From Antedon mediterranea (Eukaryota > Animalia > Echinodermata): 64,000 nucleotides of DNA. The DNA lies in NCBI RefSeq assembly GCF_964355755.1, contig NC_092676.1, forward strand, positions 2,113,788-2,177,787, read 5' to 3'. The notes beneath the pieces were generated by a model. It was not told where the DNA came from, ran no database searches, and saw only the letters and a list, made by a program, of their open reading frames with translations. The position numbers and the translations under genes are program-made. This document shows, one piece after another, positions 1 through 23,554 of the stretch (positions within the stretch are counted from its first letter, which is position 1; the number at the start of each line of letters is the position of its first letter).

Positions 1-2274
1 ATTCTAAGGGTCATATAATAACCTATATCAACAGATGTGACCTGCTGCTGCCCTCAAGGTGAATCTCAAGTGTCTAGTGTATAAGCGCCCTAATCTTTAC
101 ATTTCTGATATTATGACAAGGACATCTGACATATGCATTACATTGAAAACAGCAGGTATATTGATGACGACAATGACGAGTACGATTCCTGATATAATTA
201 TACAATAGAAATCAACTTGTTGGTAGGGAATTACCACAAAATCTAGCATAATATTAATACCTAATAAATTGTATTGTCGCGCTGAAAAAAATAATTTTTT
301 TACATTTTTGTTGTTGAATATGCCATACCTATTATGTGACATTGTTTTCCAAAAAAAAAAATAAAAAAAAAAATGTATTTACATGAAAATTAAAGTAAAA
401 AATAGTCAAATTGGCTGCCAGCCCAATGGGTTTTTGGGTGAATTTGACCATTTATTTTGTCATTTTATATGAAAAAACATTATCTTTTTCATTTTTTTCC
501 GGGAAGGGATTAACTTTATTAAAACTACAAAATAACCTATTCATTTATTAATCTTCATTTTTCATATTTTTTGGGGGACAATACATCTTTAATAATAGTA
601 TTATGATTAATAATTCATGAAATCAGGAAAAAATGTATTACTTCTTTCTAACTACAGTATCATTACTATACTAAAAAAATGTAAAGGATAAACTGAATTT
701 AGATTGTAATAGCTCCATAGAAACAACTAATATAATACCAATACAAAAGAAATCGACTTGTTGTTAATCTATCTAATATCTAGCATAACATAAACAATAA
801 CAACATGTTTATTACTAATACAGTATTATGATTAATAATTTAATATATGAAATCATGAAAACACTGTAATTATTTCTTTCTAACTATCATACTATACTAC
901 TAGTGTATTACTATACTACTAGTGTATTACTATACTACTAATTTCAAATGTAAGTATTAATGTTTGTATTAAAGACAACTCATTTTGAATAATACATATT
1001 CAATCCCACAATCTAATACAACTACATTCGCTATTACAGTATTGCTAATGTAAATTCTTTGAAGTAGTTGATTTTTCCAGGTAAATTCAAATACATTTGT
1101 TTATTATTATTTATAATAATATTAAAAATCATAACATTCATTGCTTGTTTACCTTTCTGCTTGAGTAAATCGTGTGTGTGTGTGTGTTGTAGACCAATTA
1201 TCAGAGATAGCCTGTCTGTGGTTTTGACCACACCAAGTACCTGATTGTGGTTAGTATTGTTTACTGATCTACCACACTTAATAAATAGTTACTTAAAATG
1301 AAAAGTGGAGTCATTAATTAACTTATTAATTGATTTATACAACTTTTGATTAGTGGTAATAACAATAATATTTATTTAGTAATCATACTATATAGTGTAC
1401 TAAAGTATTACCAGATATAGATCAATTAATTTAATCAAACAGAATAATCATATTCATGTAGAATCTTTGTCCATATGATAATATAATGGACTGTATGTAT
1501 CTATTTTTAATTTTTAGAAATTAACAAGGTATAAATTAATAAATTTATTATAATTATTGAATAGCTCACCAAAATTACTAACTGCAGCGTTGCGCGTCGA
1601 GAAAACGAAAAGTCGTTATGCAATACTGGACTGTACATCTATATTTAATTTATACGATTAACAAAGTAAAAATTTATTATAAATTATTAAATATAATACC
1701 AAAATTACTAACAGAGGCGTTAATTCTGTAAGTACAATCTGAGGCAACTTGAATCAAATACCGAAAGTTAAAAACGTTAATAATTCAATTGATATTAATC
1801 ATTATAGTAATAATTCAAGTTGAATGTTCACCAATATGGCAATGACCTGGGAATACACAGCTTATTTAAATACAAACTATCATGACTACACTATCATATC
1901 TACAGTCTTAATTTTCACTTGTTGATTGTTTATCAAACGTTGATGACCTTGGAATCTTAGCGTGTATATTTATACGTGGGCGGACATTTATACGCAGCCG
2001 GGGACGGACAATGCTATCATACTGTAAGTTCAATAAGTTTGCGTATGTGGAATATTTATTTAAGATGATAATGACCTACGGAATAGTTTATAATTAATAT
2101 ATAGCAACAATGAATGGTATCTATATTGTATCTACTGTATTCACAAACATTTACAAAATTTCAATTGTTATATTAAATCTGATAAATAAGTTCAATAAAT
2201 TAACGAAAATTGAATCCAAATGACTCATAGTTATATCTACCTTAATGTTTCAGTTGGTATAATAAAGTATTTTA

Positions 2275-2780
2275 ATCTGATATTGAATAAGTTCAATAAA
2301 TCTGATATTGAATAAGTTCAATAAATCTGATATTGAATAAGTTCAATCAATCTGATATTGAATAAGTTCAATCAATCTGATATTGAATAAGTTCATATAA
2401 ATCTTTAATTGAATATGTAAGTTCATTTGAAAACATTTTGAAAATCTGATATTGAATAAGTCCAGTAATTTTGATATAAATCTGATATTGAATAAGTTCA
2501 ATACATTTTTTATATTTAAATCTGATAATGAATCAAGTTTACATTTGTTTATACAGTAAATCTGATATTGAATAAGTTCAATACATTTTTTTACAAATCT
2601 GATATTGAATAAGTTCAATAAATTTTTTTATAAATCTGATATTGAATAAGTTCAATACAATTTTTATATAAATCTGATATTGAATAAGTTCAATACATTT
2701 TAAAAATCTGATATAAATAACTTCAATATTTCCATATCAATTTCATATCACATATAAATATGATCTTGAATAAGTTCAAT
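2275..2780. repeat. Degenerate minisatellite, core AATCTGATATTGAATAAGTTCAAT
   Basis: More than 10 visible copies with variable spacers. Confidence 0.9.
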
Positions 2781-3104
2781 ATGTTAATAATAATATTTTA
2801 AAAATTGATGAATAAATGAGCGCAGTACATTGAATGCAGCTCATCTAGATGACAATGACCTAGTGGACATTTGAAAACACTTACAAAGTGCACAAGTATG
2901 CTATTGTACATTGAGCTGCATTGATACTCATGAACTACAATCCTGATAGGCCAACAAGGGCTATTAAAAACTCTGAATGGGGCATTGTAAATAACGAACA
3001 ACTTACAGGTCATCAACCTTGCACACCTTTTATACTATGATCTCTTAGCATCCTAGTTTATGTGATCCTGTAGTGTTACTTTACAAGTTAAATGTAGTAC
3101 TGTA

Positions 3105-3850
3105 GAGGTTTGAATATATGCCTCCAATTTAAGATCTAGGGTTTTGATAGGACTGGATAAAGTCTCCGAGAACAATGCATTTAAGGGTTTATGGCTATTA
3201 ATTCAGTACTACTACTACTTTAAAGTGTTTGGATATAGGTCTCCAATATAAGACCAGTGTATTCAAGGGTGTATGGCTATTATTAGTATAATCCAGTATT
3301 ACTTTACAGGTGTTTAGATAGGTCTCCAATTTAAGACCATGGCTTGGGCTATGATAAAACAAGACTGGATATTCTAAGTCTCCAATATACAGTAAGACCA
3401 ATGTATTCAAGGATTTATGGCTATTAATCCGGTACTATTTTTAGAAATGTTTTGATAATGTCTCCAATATAAGACCATGGCTATGGTTTTGATAAAGCAA
3501 GACTGGATATCTAAGTCTCAAATACAAGATCAATGTATTCAAGAGTTTATGGTTATTAATCTATTAATTTACATGTGTTTTGATATAGGTCTCCATATAA
3601 GACCATGGCTAGGGTTTTAATATAGCAGAACTGGATATAAGTCTCCAATATAATAAGACCAATGTATTCAAGGCTTATGGCTATTAATCCGGTACTATTT
3701 TTAGAAATGTTTTGATAAGGTCTCCAGTATAAAGTAAGACCATAGCTACAGTTTTCCAGAATGATTGTGGCTACTATACTACTAGTTTCAGCCAATGTTT
3801 CAATACAGTATCAACCACCAATATAAGACCAATTTATTCAGGTGTATTGC
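3105..3850. repeat. Degenerate tandem repeat, cores GGTCTCCAATATAAGACC and AATGTATTCAAGG
   Basis: Recurring motifs in a 130-150 bp higher-order unit. Confidence 0.8.
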
Positions 3851-5540
3851 TATAGTTCAATCCTACTAAATGTTTTACTTTATTTTTTTTTAAAAAGAGG
3901 AATCTAGAAAGAAAATGAATATACAATGGAGAGAAGGATCAACTCCCAATGATATAAAAGAAATTCATCTGCAATTTTAAAAGTTATTGTTCTGTCAAGC
4001 TAAAAATTAAAGTTCACATTTCTGGCCTTTATAAAAAATTGTATTTCTAAATTTGAAACTATTATACATATTTTACCAAAGAGAGTAGATTGAGGTTAGT
4101 AGTGGATTGTTATAGGGTAGTTTACCATGGTCTACCATATCTTCCTGTATTGGGTGGTCCATCTCTACTAACCCAACTCCCATGAGCCCAGTATATACTA
4201 AAACAAAGACAGTACTAACTGTTCTTTTACTTCACCACATGGAGTTCAATATTGTTTTAACTTTTACTAGAGTATTTCTCATTAGTAATTTACGAGCAAG
4301 CATTACTCACACTTATTGTACAATATGAAAGAAGCAACATTCTTATGATTTATTATTTATAGTAAAGATTTTTTGTTGGCTAGGAAGGAGGGGTGATATT
4401 TATTTATTTATTCAACTATATTTGACAAGGGTAGCTCTCACATCTGTACTACAGCAGTACAACTGACTTGAAGATATTAAAAAACAAATTTATTATCATC
4501 AATACCAGGGTAATTCAAAAAAGAAAAAATAAAATTTGATATTTTTTTATATCGATTTTGAGAGACTTATTAATGTTATATGTCAGCACCATTACTCTGT
4601 TTAAAAAATCCTGGATGCTCCCCTGAATAATATCAGTATTAAATCACTGGGTGAAATAGCTGGTAATACTGTATTACCATATTTAAATAGAGGGCGCCAG
4701 CACCGAAAACACAACTCTTCAACATTTGTAGTGAATAGTATTCATAGAGACAACAAGAGACGCAAGATTGCCCTTAGTAGAGGTATCCCCTTAATAGAGG
4801 TCACAATGGGCGAGTTCTACTGTGTTATAACATTATTACCAAAGTGGGATATCAATCTTAAACATGGCTGCCATTTCATCGAGCTGTGAACATAGCCAAT
4901 TGTGTTTTTACCACTAGCCCACTGGGCTTTCACCACTAGCCCTCAGGCCTCTAACCACTAGCCCATTAAACTGTCACCATCAGTCTATTAGCCTGCCACT
5001 GTTGATCTATTGAGCTGTCACCAATAGCACACTGGGCTAGATCACTGTAGATGTTATTTTACCAATGCAAACTAACACAACAAAATTGTCTAAGTAAATT
5101 TGATTTGATTTGATTTGATTTGATTTATTTCGGCATCAGTACATAAAATATCACAGACATACAATTAAAATTGGCAAATATAAAAATACCAAAATAAAAC
5201 AAGGAGGACCTAACTTTTTTATAAAACGAACCATTTTGTTTTGAGTCGTTTGTAATTTTGATTTTAAATTTTTATTTACCGTAGAAGACCATGAGCAAAC
5301 CGAATAATCGAACATCGGTTGGATTAAAGCAAAACTAAGAATTTTGCGACAATGTGAATTAAGAAATGATGATTGTCGGTACAGAAATTTCAGTCTGCCG
5401 TTTGCTTTGTTTATAACAGAGCGGGCAATGACGTCACCTGATACATTTTGGTCACAAATAAACTACATTGTAAGGAACAACTTTGGGACAACACAAAGTG
5501 TTCCCTTTAATAGGGTCCCCAAAGGAGGAGTTTGTCTTCA

Positions 5541-14525
<8,985 letters not shown>

Positions 14526-14930
14526 GGTTGTGTTTTTATATCAAACATTCAAAAAATTAATTGAGTTTTTACTTGTTGTTCTGGCGGCTGGCAGGGAGAG
14601 ATGTTTTTGTTGACTTTTATACATTTCTCTCAAAAACCCAATTGAACAATTTGCGTTACGTAATAGTTACAATGCGTTAATCGCGAAACAGAAAAGTTCC
14701 GTATTTTGGCTATAACTGTGCATTTCGCTTACATAAAACGGTAAAAGAGTGTTTTTAATCAAATCTTGGATCGAACCCAAATCTGTACTGAGTAAATTTT
14801 TTTTTAAAAGAGATAAAAGCACAAAAGTTATGTTGGCGCAATAACGCGTTCAAACTCGAAATATGTATCTATGCACGCAACATGTAGGTGCCGACTGAAC
14901 AGAATTTATTTTAATTTTCAAGAAAACAAA
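14526..14930. promoter_or_regulatory. Probable bidirectional promoter shared by ATE1 and TIMM13
   Basis: Divergent start codons about 405 bp apart; locally CpG-containing sequence. Confidence 0.7.
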
Positions 14931-16486
14931 ATGGACGCCTTTGGTAGCCATGCGGGTGGAAGTGGTAAACTTGATAGTTCGCAAAGAGAACAATTGATGG
15001 GCCAAGTAAAGTCTCAAATAGCTTTAGCAAATGCTCAAGAATTACTTCAAGTGAGTATGATAAATTTTGTACCTCAAACTTCCATTCTATGAGCAGTGTA
15101 GGCCTCCTATATAAGTTAGGCCTAGCTAGAGAGTATTTTATTTTGCAGACTGCGATGGACACGGTCAAGCAAGGGATTGGCCGATCAGCCTGTCTGATTC
15201 TGCACGTGGTGGTGGTGTATGCTTAGGCCTAGAAATTAAATTTTTCGCATCACCATTGGTTTAAACAGTGTTGTTTTTTAGAATTATACAATGTAATGTT
15301 ACTTTTTAAAAACCATTTTTTTTTTCATTTTTATTTAACAAATTAATTTATGGAAAAATTTGGTTTTGTTTACAGAAAATGACAGATAAATGTTTTAAGA
15401 AATGCATTACAAAACCAGGGACATCTCTTGACAACTCTGAACAGGTAACCCTAAACTTTTATTTTTAAAATGTTATTTTAAATAGCGTTCTGCAGTAATA
15501 AATATACATGATGAATATAATATGCAATACTTTCATAGTGTTAATGTTATAATCAAATCAATAGTACTGTTATGCGCGATTTGAACAATTTAAAATTGCG
15601 CAAAAAATTCCTTGCGCAATTTGAATTGAAACATGTGTTTCAAATTGCGCAAGCAACGTATTAAATTGCGCAAGTAATCTGCAAATTGCGCAAGGTTTTT
15701 CGACAGATTGTGAAATCATGCACACCCATATTTTTTTAGTAATTTCTAAGAATGATTCAAAATTGAAGATAATATCGCATTTCCTTACCCTCCCGGGAGC
15801 CTCCCTCCCGAATTTTGTTTTCCGAATAAAAAAAATCTCGAATTCCCAATGGTTCTATAAAATACCATATTCACAGTCACACATAATATGAGGAGAAGGC
15901 ATAAATAAATACCAATAGTAATATAATAATTTCAATTCAAATATCAGTAAGGACGATTAATAAGACTAATAACGATTGGATTTTTTTTAGAAACAATAAT
16001 TATTACGAATTATTAGACGTTTACTATTTAACTTAAAAATTAAATTTAATGACAAAAAAGATCGACCTTTCGGTACCATTCTCAACAACAAATGAGTACA
16101 ATAACAAAAATAACAAACAGTTTGTTTTCAAATTGCGCAAAGGTGTCATATTGCGCAAGAATTATCTTGCGCAATTTACAAATTGTGCAGCGCAATTTAA
16201 AATTGCGCAATGATTTTCTTGCGCAAGTTGATTGCGCAATTTAATATTGCGCAAGAAAATCCTTGCGCAATTTCAAATTGCGCAAGAATTCTTTGCGCAA
16301 TTTTAAATTGCGCAAATCGTTCAAATCGCGCATAACAGTACCATTATAAATATATAGTATATTTAATAACTTGTTCTTCTTTCCTTTCAGAAATGCATAG
16401 CAATGTGCATGGATAGATATATGGACGCTTGGAACACAGTTTCTCGTGCCTATAATCAAAGATTACAAAAAGAACGTCATAGATGA
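14931..16486 (+). CDS. TIMM13: Mitochondrial import inner membrane translocase subunit Tim13, 3 exons
   Basis: Exons 14931-15050 ([16 protein letters not shown]), 15376-15444 ([23 protein letters not shown]), 16391-16486 ([25 protein letters not shown]); twin CX3C motif. Confidence 0.96.
15567..16338. mobile_element. Tc1/mariner-like MITE in TIMM13 intron 2
   Basis: TA|CTGTTATGCGCGATTTGAAC ... GTTCAAATCGCGCATAACAG|TA; many subterminal palindromic TTGCGCAA units. Confidence 0.85.
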
Positions 16487-17713
16487 AGAAAATATAATTA
16501 AATTTGTAAACCACATTAAAAAAAATGATGTACCTCACTCAGAGAGATGGCATTATTCCTCTTGAACTATTTAATAACAAATTCAAGTTTTAATGTAATT
16601 GTATTTCAATACCATGTATTGATTGCTGTGGAAGTATAGATGGATAGCTGTGACAGAATAATGATCAGAAGAGGAATTTCTTTATGAATAACAATAATGT
16701 AACTACAGAAAAGTGTATTGTGTTATTGGTTATAAAATTCAATAAATAGCATAAAAACAAAAAATATTTTGTTGTCTTTGTATTACTGTATATTACCCAG
16801 TTATAGTCCCAGGGTGGATTTGTAATTTGGCGAAAAATATGGGTGAGCTGTTTGGATCGCTGTAATGGAATTTACTGAAAACAAATTAATATAATTACGG
16901 TAATACATTATTAATTGTTTGAATACAAAATTATAACAACTACTACCTAGTCATGTATTTATATTTGGAGAATTGCAAATTAATTTTTCGGAACAAATCA
17001 TCTGACTTCTAAAAGAAAGCAGAACCTCTCTGAATAGATTCTATGATTGTGGGTCACAACATCTTGGTACAATAACAACTGACTCAATTAGACTACAGTA
17101 AGAGTGTTTAAATATGTTTTTAATAAGAAAGAGAATGTCTGAATATAAAAACATCCAGTCTAGTCTGCTGCCCTCTATAGAAAAAGATCTACAAAGGCTG
17201 TCAATCATTTCACAATGCGATGAAAAAACGACGTCAAATTGATTCATTTTTATACTATTTTGGTTAATTAATAATAAAGGATAGCTTCATTTTTGTAAGT
17301 AACATACCACTTTTCTTATAATATAGTAATCTGAGGCCAGACCTAGCCTGTTTCAGTGATGTATTACAGTATAGTATATGCTAGGCCTAAATAAAATATA
17401 AAACACCCACCAGGCCCAGCCAACGTACCAGCACACTCAACTTTCATCTGCCGTTCCTCATTGTCACGACAGGCAGGCCTAGCAATATCAATACAGGTAC
17501 TCTTATTTTCTGTGTACTAACCAATTGGTCGAAAGAGTTGGAAATTAGACCAGTAAATATGATTTTAAAATAGGCTAGGAGGTACATACATTATTGGGAT
17601 AGGCCTAGTATTGTTTACATTGAAAAAAATGTTGATTGACATTAATAATAATAATATTTAATAATGACAAGGCCAATAATTGTTGATAATTTTTAAATTT
17701 CAGATAATTTACT

Positions 17714-20700
17714 ATGGCAATGCACGACTTTGTAGAAGCAGAATGTGGGGCAAGTAATCCACTGAAGAAGCTGACCAGCCACTTCATGGAGGACAAGTCA
17801 CGGCACCAGGAAGGCCTGCACATTTCTCCAGGATTCGGTCATCCTTCCGCGTTATCCGAACAACAAGTTAGTTTTATTTTGATTGCGAAATTAAGTTAAT
17901 TATTCAGTTTGACTAACACAGAACAGTTATATTATCACATTTCTAAGTAAGTAAATAAATAATGACCATGTTTTTTTTTCAGCTGGTTGGTGAGTTCCTG
18001 GCAGATCACCAATACAATGCAGCTCCTCAAAGTTTCCACATGAGTGCACTTTTACAGGAGATGCAGGATATAGAGGATGCTGCACATAGAAGACAACTCC
18101 CAGCACAAGGTAATGATGAAGTGATGGAATGATGAAGTGATGGCATTAAAGTGATAGAAGGTGAAAAGGAGAGTATTGAGGTGATAAAGATGGCATTAAA
18201 GTCATAGAGATACAAGAAGGTTAAAGACAGTATTGAGGTGATAAAGTGATAAAGAAATGTGAAAAAAAAAGAGTATTGAAGTGATAGGTGATAGGAAGTG
18301 ATAAAGTGTGAAAAATGTGATGAAAATGATAGAAAGTGTTAAAGCATTAATATTAAAGAGATAGGTCATAAAGATAACATTAATGTGATACAGATAGCAG
18401 AACATGTACATAGGTCGCATAGAAAGATGAAGTATTGAAGATATATGATAACAGATGATAAAAAAAAAAGATAGAATTAAAAAGTTAATGCAGATATCAG
18501 AAAGTGAAAAGTTAAACTATTCTTTATTCTAATTATTCTTATGCTAATTACTCTATATTTAAATATTGTTCTTAGCACCTGCTATAGCTGATCTAGCAAG
18601 TCAACCAAACTGGGCGCAAGAATTCCTTGTTGCAGAACAGGAAAGGATTGTAGATATCACTACGGAAAGACCGTCAAATTGGACGAGAGATTTCTTAGAG
18701 AGTCAAAAGGAAGCAGGTATTTCAACTTTGACCTTTGTGTGTGACCTTTAAAAATATAATTTTTTTTATGTTATGATAGGACAGATTTATAATTTGGCTG
18801 TATGAAATGTTTTTTTTTATTTTTAGTTGGGCCGGAAGTTCTTCCTGAAAATATAAACACAAAATGGGCAGAGGAATATCTTTCTGGTACTGCTGATAAG
18901 CTATGGTACGCATTCTTCAATAGATCAAATCCTATCTTATAGACACTGTATTGTATCTAAATTCTGGTATCATAGGTAAATTCTGTGATACAGCATCATA
19001 TGTGAAACACATGTGACACCTGTATCATAACATTCCAAGATACATGATGCTGTATTACTGAATGACACTAGACAAATATAAGGTGATACAGTACTGAAAA
19101 TTTGTTGGGGTCCCCCTGCCTCCTAATATCAGGCACTTTTCCTTTTCCTCTAAATCTCTATATACACTATCAAACTAGCTTGACAAAAATGTACCCAAAT
19201 ATGGTAGTAATATGACATCATCATGTCCATATATGGGCACATTACATTCGTTAGTGTAGAGAGAGGTTACTACTCTTTATAATTATCAAACTGTTTATTA
19301 AGTATTTGGGTTTTGTTTTATTAGGTTGAATGAATATGAGGAGAAGTCAGAAGATGTATCATGGTGAGTACAGTATTCAATTTCTTTCCAACAATATTAT
19401 TATTTGTAAACAAAACATTATATAATATCATATACAAGATCAATGATATTAATTCATATTCTATTGGTCCATTATTTTGGCTAAGCCACATAGATTCATG
19501 TGACCGGTTTTTACAAATTTTTTTTCTTAGGATTGATGATTTCAAGAGTGATGATGACTTGGCAAAGACAGCCAGTGAACTTTTAGGATCAATAGATGAT
19601 CCCAAATTTAGTAATTCTGAGGTATTCTAGGATTTTTATATACGGGTATCTTCCTTTGCATAAAGTATACAAGCAACAAGAATTTGAATTGTTCTGGTGA
19701 AATTTGTTAACATAAAACAAAAACAACCACTTTGTAAATATCAGCCCAAAATTACCTGAAAATTGTTTTTATAACAGTTTATGAAGTTTGTGAAGAAATT
19801 AGGAGATGGGGAATTAATAGTTGAAGATAACCAAATAAAAGAAAAAGACGGCAAAGTAATAGACAGTACGGCCGATAAATGGGCTCAAGATTTCCAAAAT
19901 GAGCAGGTATTGTTCATTTATAGATTTATATAAGTTCTTAGTAATTATGACGATGATTGCACTCCATAGGTATGGAAGGCAACAAATGTAAAAATCAATT
20001 AAATAGGGTAGTACCATTCATATGCAGGTATTTAATATATTTCTACGTTAACATTTATTTTAAACATTTACAGAAACTCAGTGAAGAATGGAAATCGGAA
20101 TTTATGTCAGATATTAAGTCAAATACTATTCCTTCTGATGAGGAATTCTGGGATCGTTTGCAAACGGAATGGGAAAAGGCAGCCAAAAGTGAACTAGCAG
20201 AATCGCATCCATGGTTGAACGAGTTTGAAAATGCAACAACTGACCAGGTAATATATTATAAAACTTCTTTGAATACTATGAATTGCTATAGTAAAATAAT
20301 TTAGGTCAAGGATCATAGCAGATGTATTTGTGTATGTATAAACACCAATGGTTATTGCATACATTGGTCAGGGGTCAAGTGCAAAAATAATTAACTGTAT
20401 CAGGGTTCATAGAGGTTAAAATTAAAAAGCATTGGTTACAATATTCTATTAATGGTCAGATCAAAAGTGGGTCAGGGGTCAAGTTCATAGATGTTCAAAT
20501 TAAACAGCATTGGTTACAATATTCTATCGTTACAGGTATATCAATTTGAAGAAGATAATCCACTTAGGGATCACACAAATCCGTTTGAGGAGGGATTAAA
20601 GAGATTAGAAGAAGGTGACCTAGCTAATGCTGTCTTGTTGTTTGAAACAGAGGTACAACAAAGACCAGATAATGCCAAGGTAAGCCAATTAATATTCAAA

Positions 20701-23554
20701 CTATTACAGTGCTTTACTGCTATTAAAATTCGGCCTATTGTTGGCTGCGAATAAAGCGGCTATGCAGTATTGCTTGACCTTGGACCTATGAATACTACAA
20801 GGGTATTAACCAATTAATTAACTAAACTAATAAACTATTTCAATTTTAGGCGTGGCAATACCTTGGCACAACACAAGCACAGAATGAACAAGAAAATGCT
20901 GCAATATTGGCGTTAAAAAGGTATAATTTGCACATGAAAATTACAATTTATTAAAAATGACAAGCATTCCTGAAATCACAGATTGGAATTCAGTCAGATG
21001 TATGTAAACAATTTCCACAAAGTGTTTCAGATTTTCAACACTGTACATGGCATGCAATTTATTTAATCAAAACTTAAAAAGATAGTAACGTACTTGTATT
21101 CATTGGTCGACAGAGGTGTAAATTAGACTAGTAAAAATGATTTTAAAATAGGCTAGAAGGCACAGACAATATTGTTTACATTGAAAAAATTGTTGGTTGA
21201 CATTAATGACAAGGCTAAATAATAATTTATTTAATCAAAACTTAAAAAGATAGTAAATGTAATTGTATTATTTAATGATTCTACTAAAGGTACAAAACAT
21301 ATCTCAACATTGTAAGATTTTGACAACAAAATTGACTTGTATCTTGTATTGTGTTCATCAAGGGTTAAGAAGGGTCCCTATATAGAGGTAATCAGAAGGA
21401 CATTTTGTTTTAATTAATTTTTGTTAGGTGTTTGGAGTTGGAGAAGGACAACCTAACAGCGCTGATGTCCTTGGCAGTAAGCTATACAAATGAAGCTATG
21501 CAAAATCAAGCACTATACGCCTTGCAAGATTGGATTAGAAGCAATCCAAAATATTCACATGTATTGAAAACACCAATGGATCATCCAGATGGTGGACCAT
21601 TCAACTCAATGATGTTAAGGTATGCATAAGCAAGTACTATTGAATTATAGGTAAAAAAACGCAGGTACTATTGAATTCCAGGGGGAAATGCAGGTATTAT
21701 TGAATCACAGAAAAACAAAGCACAGAAATGATTGAATAATAGAAAGACAAAGCACAGATAATATAATAATAATAATACCACATTTATATAGCGCCCTTTT
21801 CATGAGTAATCATGCTCAAAGGCGTTTTACAAGCATTATTACCCCAGTATTTTTTTGGGATCAAACACGTATGGAAACATACTCCCATAATGCAGCCGGT
21901 AATCAGCGCAAAGTTGTGTCTAGATCTAACTGGGTACTCATTTATACACCTGGGTTGAGAGAGGCAAACGTAAGTAAAGTATCTTGCCTACGGATACAAG
22001 CAATGCGGCGAGAGTTGGATTCAAACCTAGGTCTGACGATCGGTAGTCCAACGTCCAACACACTGCGCCACACGCCCTTACAGATAACTTGCATTAAAAT
22101 AGTAAATGTTAAGATAAAAACAATTTTGGACCAGATTTAAATGTTCCGTAATAGTTCTTTCAACAATCTGCTTATCAATGATATTTTTATGTTTTTAGAG
22201 AATTACATCACCATGTTCAAGATTTGTATTTAGAAGCAGCTAGACTATCACCAAATGAAATAGATGCTGACGTTCAAGGGGGCCTAGGCGTTTTATTCAA
22301 CCTGTCACAGGAGTATGATAAAGCTGTGGATTGTTTCAATGCTGCTCTAACAGTCAGGCCTGATGTAAACATTTTAATTTATTGTAAAATAACAAATACA
22401 ACTTTAGAACTACACGTGTATGAACTGCATAGATATATTAAACTACTAGTGTTACTGTAACTAATTCCAGTTCCTGTTCACCTCACTTGGCTGTAGTCTA
22501 GTTAACACTCTAGGTATATAATGTCTCTATGATGATTGAGTAGGCCTGCCATATATTTAATTCAGTACCACACTACCAGAGACTACAAACTGGTTTAGAT
22601 TGGAATTAATCGCTCTTAAAATAAACTTACCTTAAAATAAAACCGGAACATTACTATTATTAATACGATTTGAATAGGTTATTTTGTAATTTTTATAAAG
22701 TTAATCCCCCTCCATAAAAAAAACAAAAAAAAAATGTTTTCTCATAAAATGACAAAATAAATGGTAATATTTAACCAAAAACCCATTGGCTTTAATTTTG
22801 ATTGCTAATTGCTACAAACTGCCCTTTTTTCAGGACTGTTTGTTATGGAATAAACTTGGAGCAACACTAGCAAATGGCAACAGGAGTGAGGAGGCAGTGG
22901 AAGCCTACAGACAGGCCTTGCAACTGTACCCTGGATTTGTCAGGTCTAGATATAACCTTGGTATTAGCTGTATTAACCTACGCTCCTATAGGCAAGTAGT
23001 GCTCAATCAATGATTGATACAGTAATAGTACAGAGGTGTTTTAAATGGGACACAGGGGCATCCAGTTTGGAAGGGAGCACAGAAGCACTCTGTTTTGAAG
23101 GGGAGAGACCATTTTGGAATTTGAATTTATTTATACAGTACTGGGTAACATCTTCAGTCAAAGATTGGTCTCCCAGGGGGCCCAGTTATGATCAGTGGCT
23201 GTGTGTGGAGCTCCCTAAGCCTAAGCACGATACATTAGTTTATCCATCCTGTAATTGGCGAGTGTGTGCTCGCTGTTGGATGTGTATGAAAAAAATACTA
23301 CTGCCAAAGACCTGACTAGAGCAAATGTAAAATTTCATGTTTTTTTTTTATACAGGGAAGCCATAGAACACTTCCTGTCCGCACTTCACTTGCAACGGTC
23401 AGGGAAATCACAAAGAGACACAGAAATTACATCGGATAACATCTGGTCAACACTACGCATGTCAATATCATTGTTAGGCCGACCCGACCTCTACAAAGCG
23501 GCTGAAGAAAGAAATTTAGAAGAACTAAGTAACGCCTTCAATGTTTCAACATGA
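17714..23554 (+). CDS. PEX5: Peroxisomal targeting signal 1 receptor, multi-exon
   Basis: N-terminal [11 protein letters not shown] with the conserved ubiquitinated Cys, several WxxxF/Y motifs, KFSNSEFMKFV, and TPR exons ([46 protein letters not shown]; SDNIWSTLR). Confidence 0.96.
21764..22080 (-). mobile_element. tRNA-derived SINE (family 1), inverted copy
   Basis: Reverse complement of 10119-10420. Confidence 0.85.
22992..23355 (+). other. GC-AG intron in PEX5
   Basis: TATAG|gcaagt...tacag|GGAAGCC; only the GC donor keeps the [10 protein letters not shown] frame. Confidence 0.85.

Noticed and set aside
97-342. Hydrophobic 81-aa ORF
   Set aside because: Starts inside a Kolobok-like MITE and overlaps degenerate repeats; no recognisable family
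18110-18510. Purine-rich GTGAT(G/A) stretch with antisense ORFs in a PEX5 intron
   Set aside because: Low-complexity degenerate repeat with stops in the sense frames
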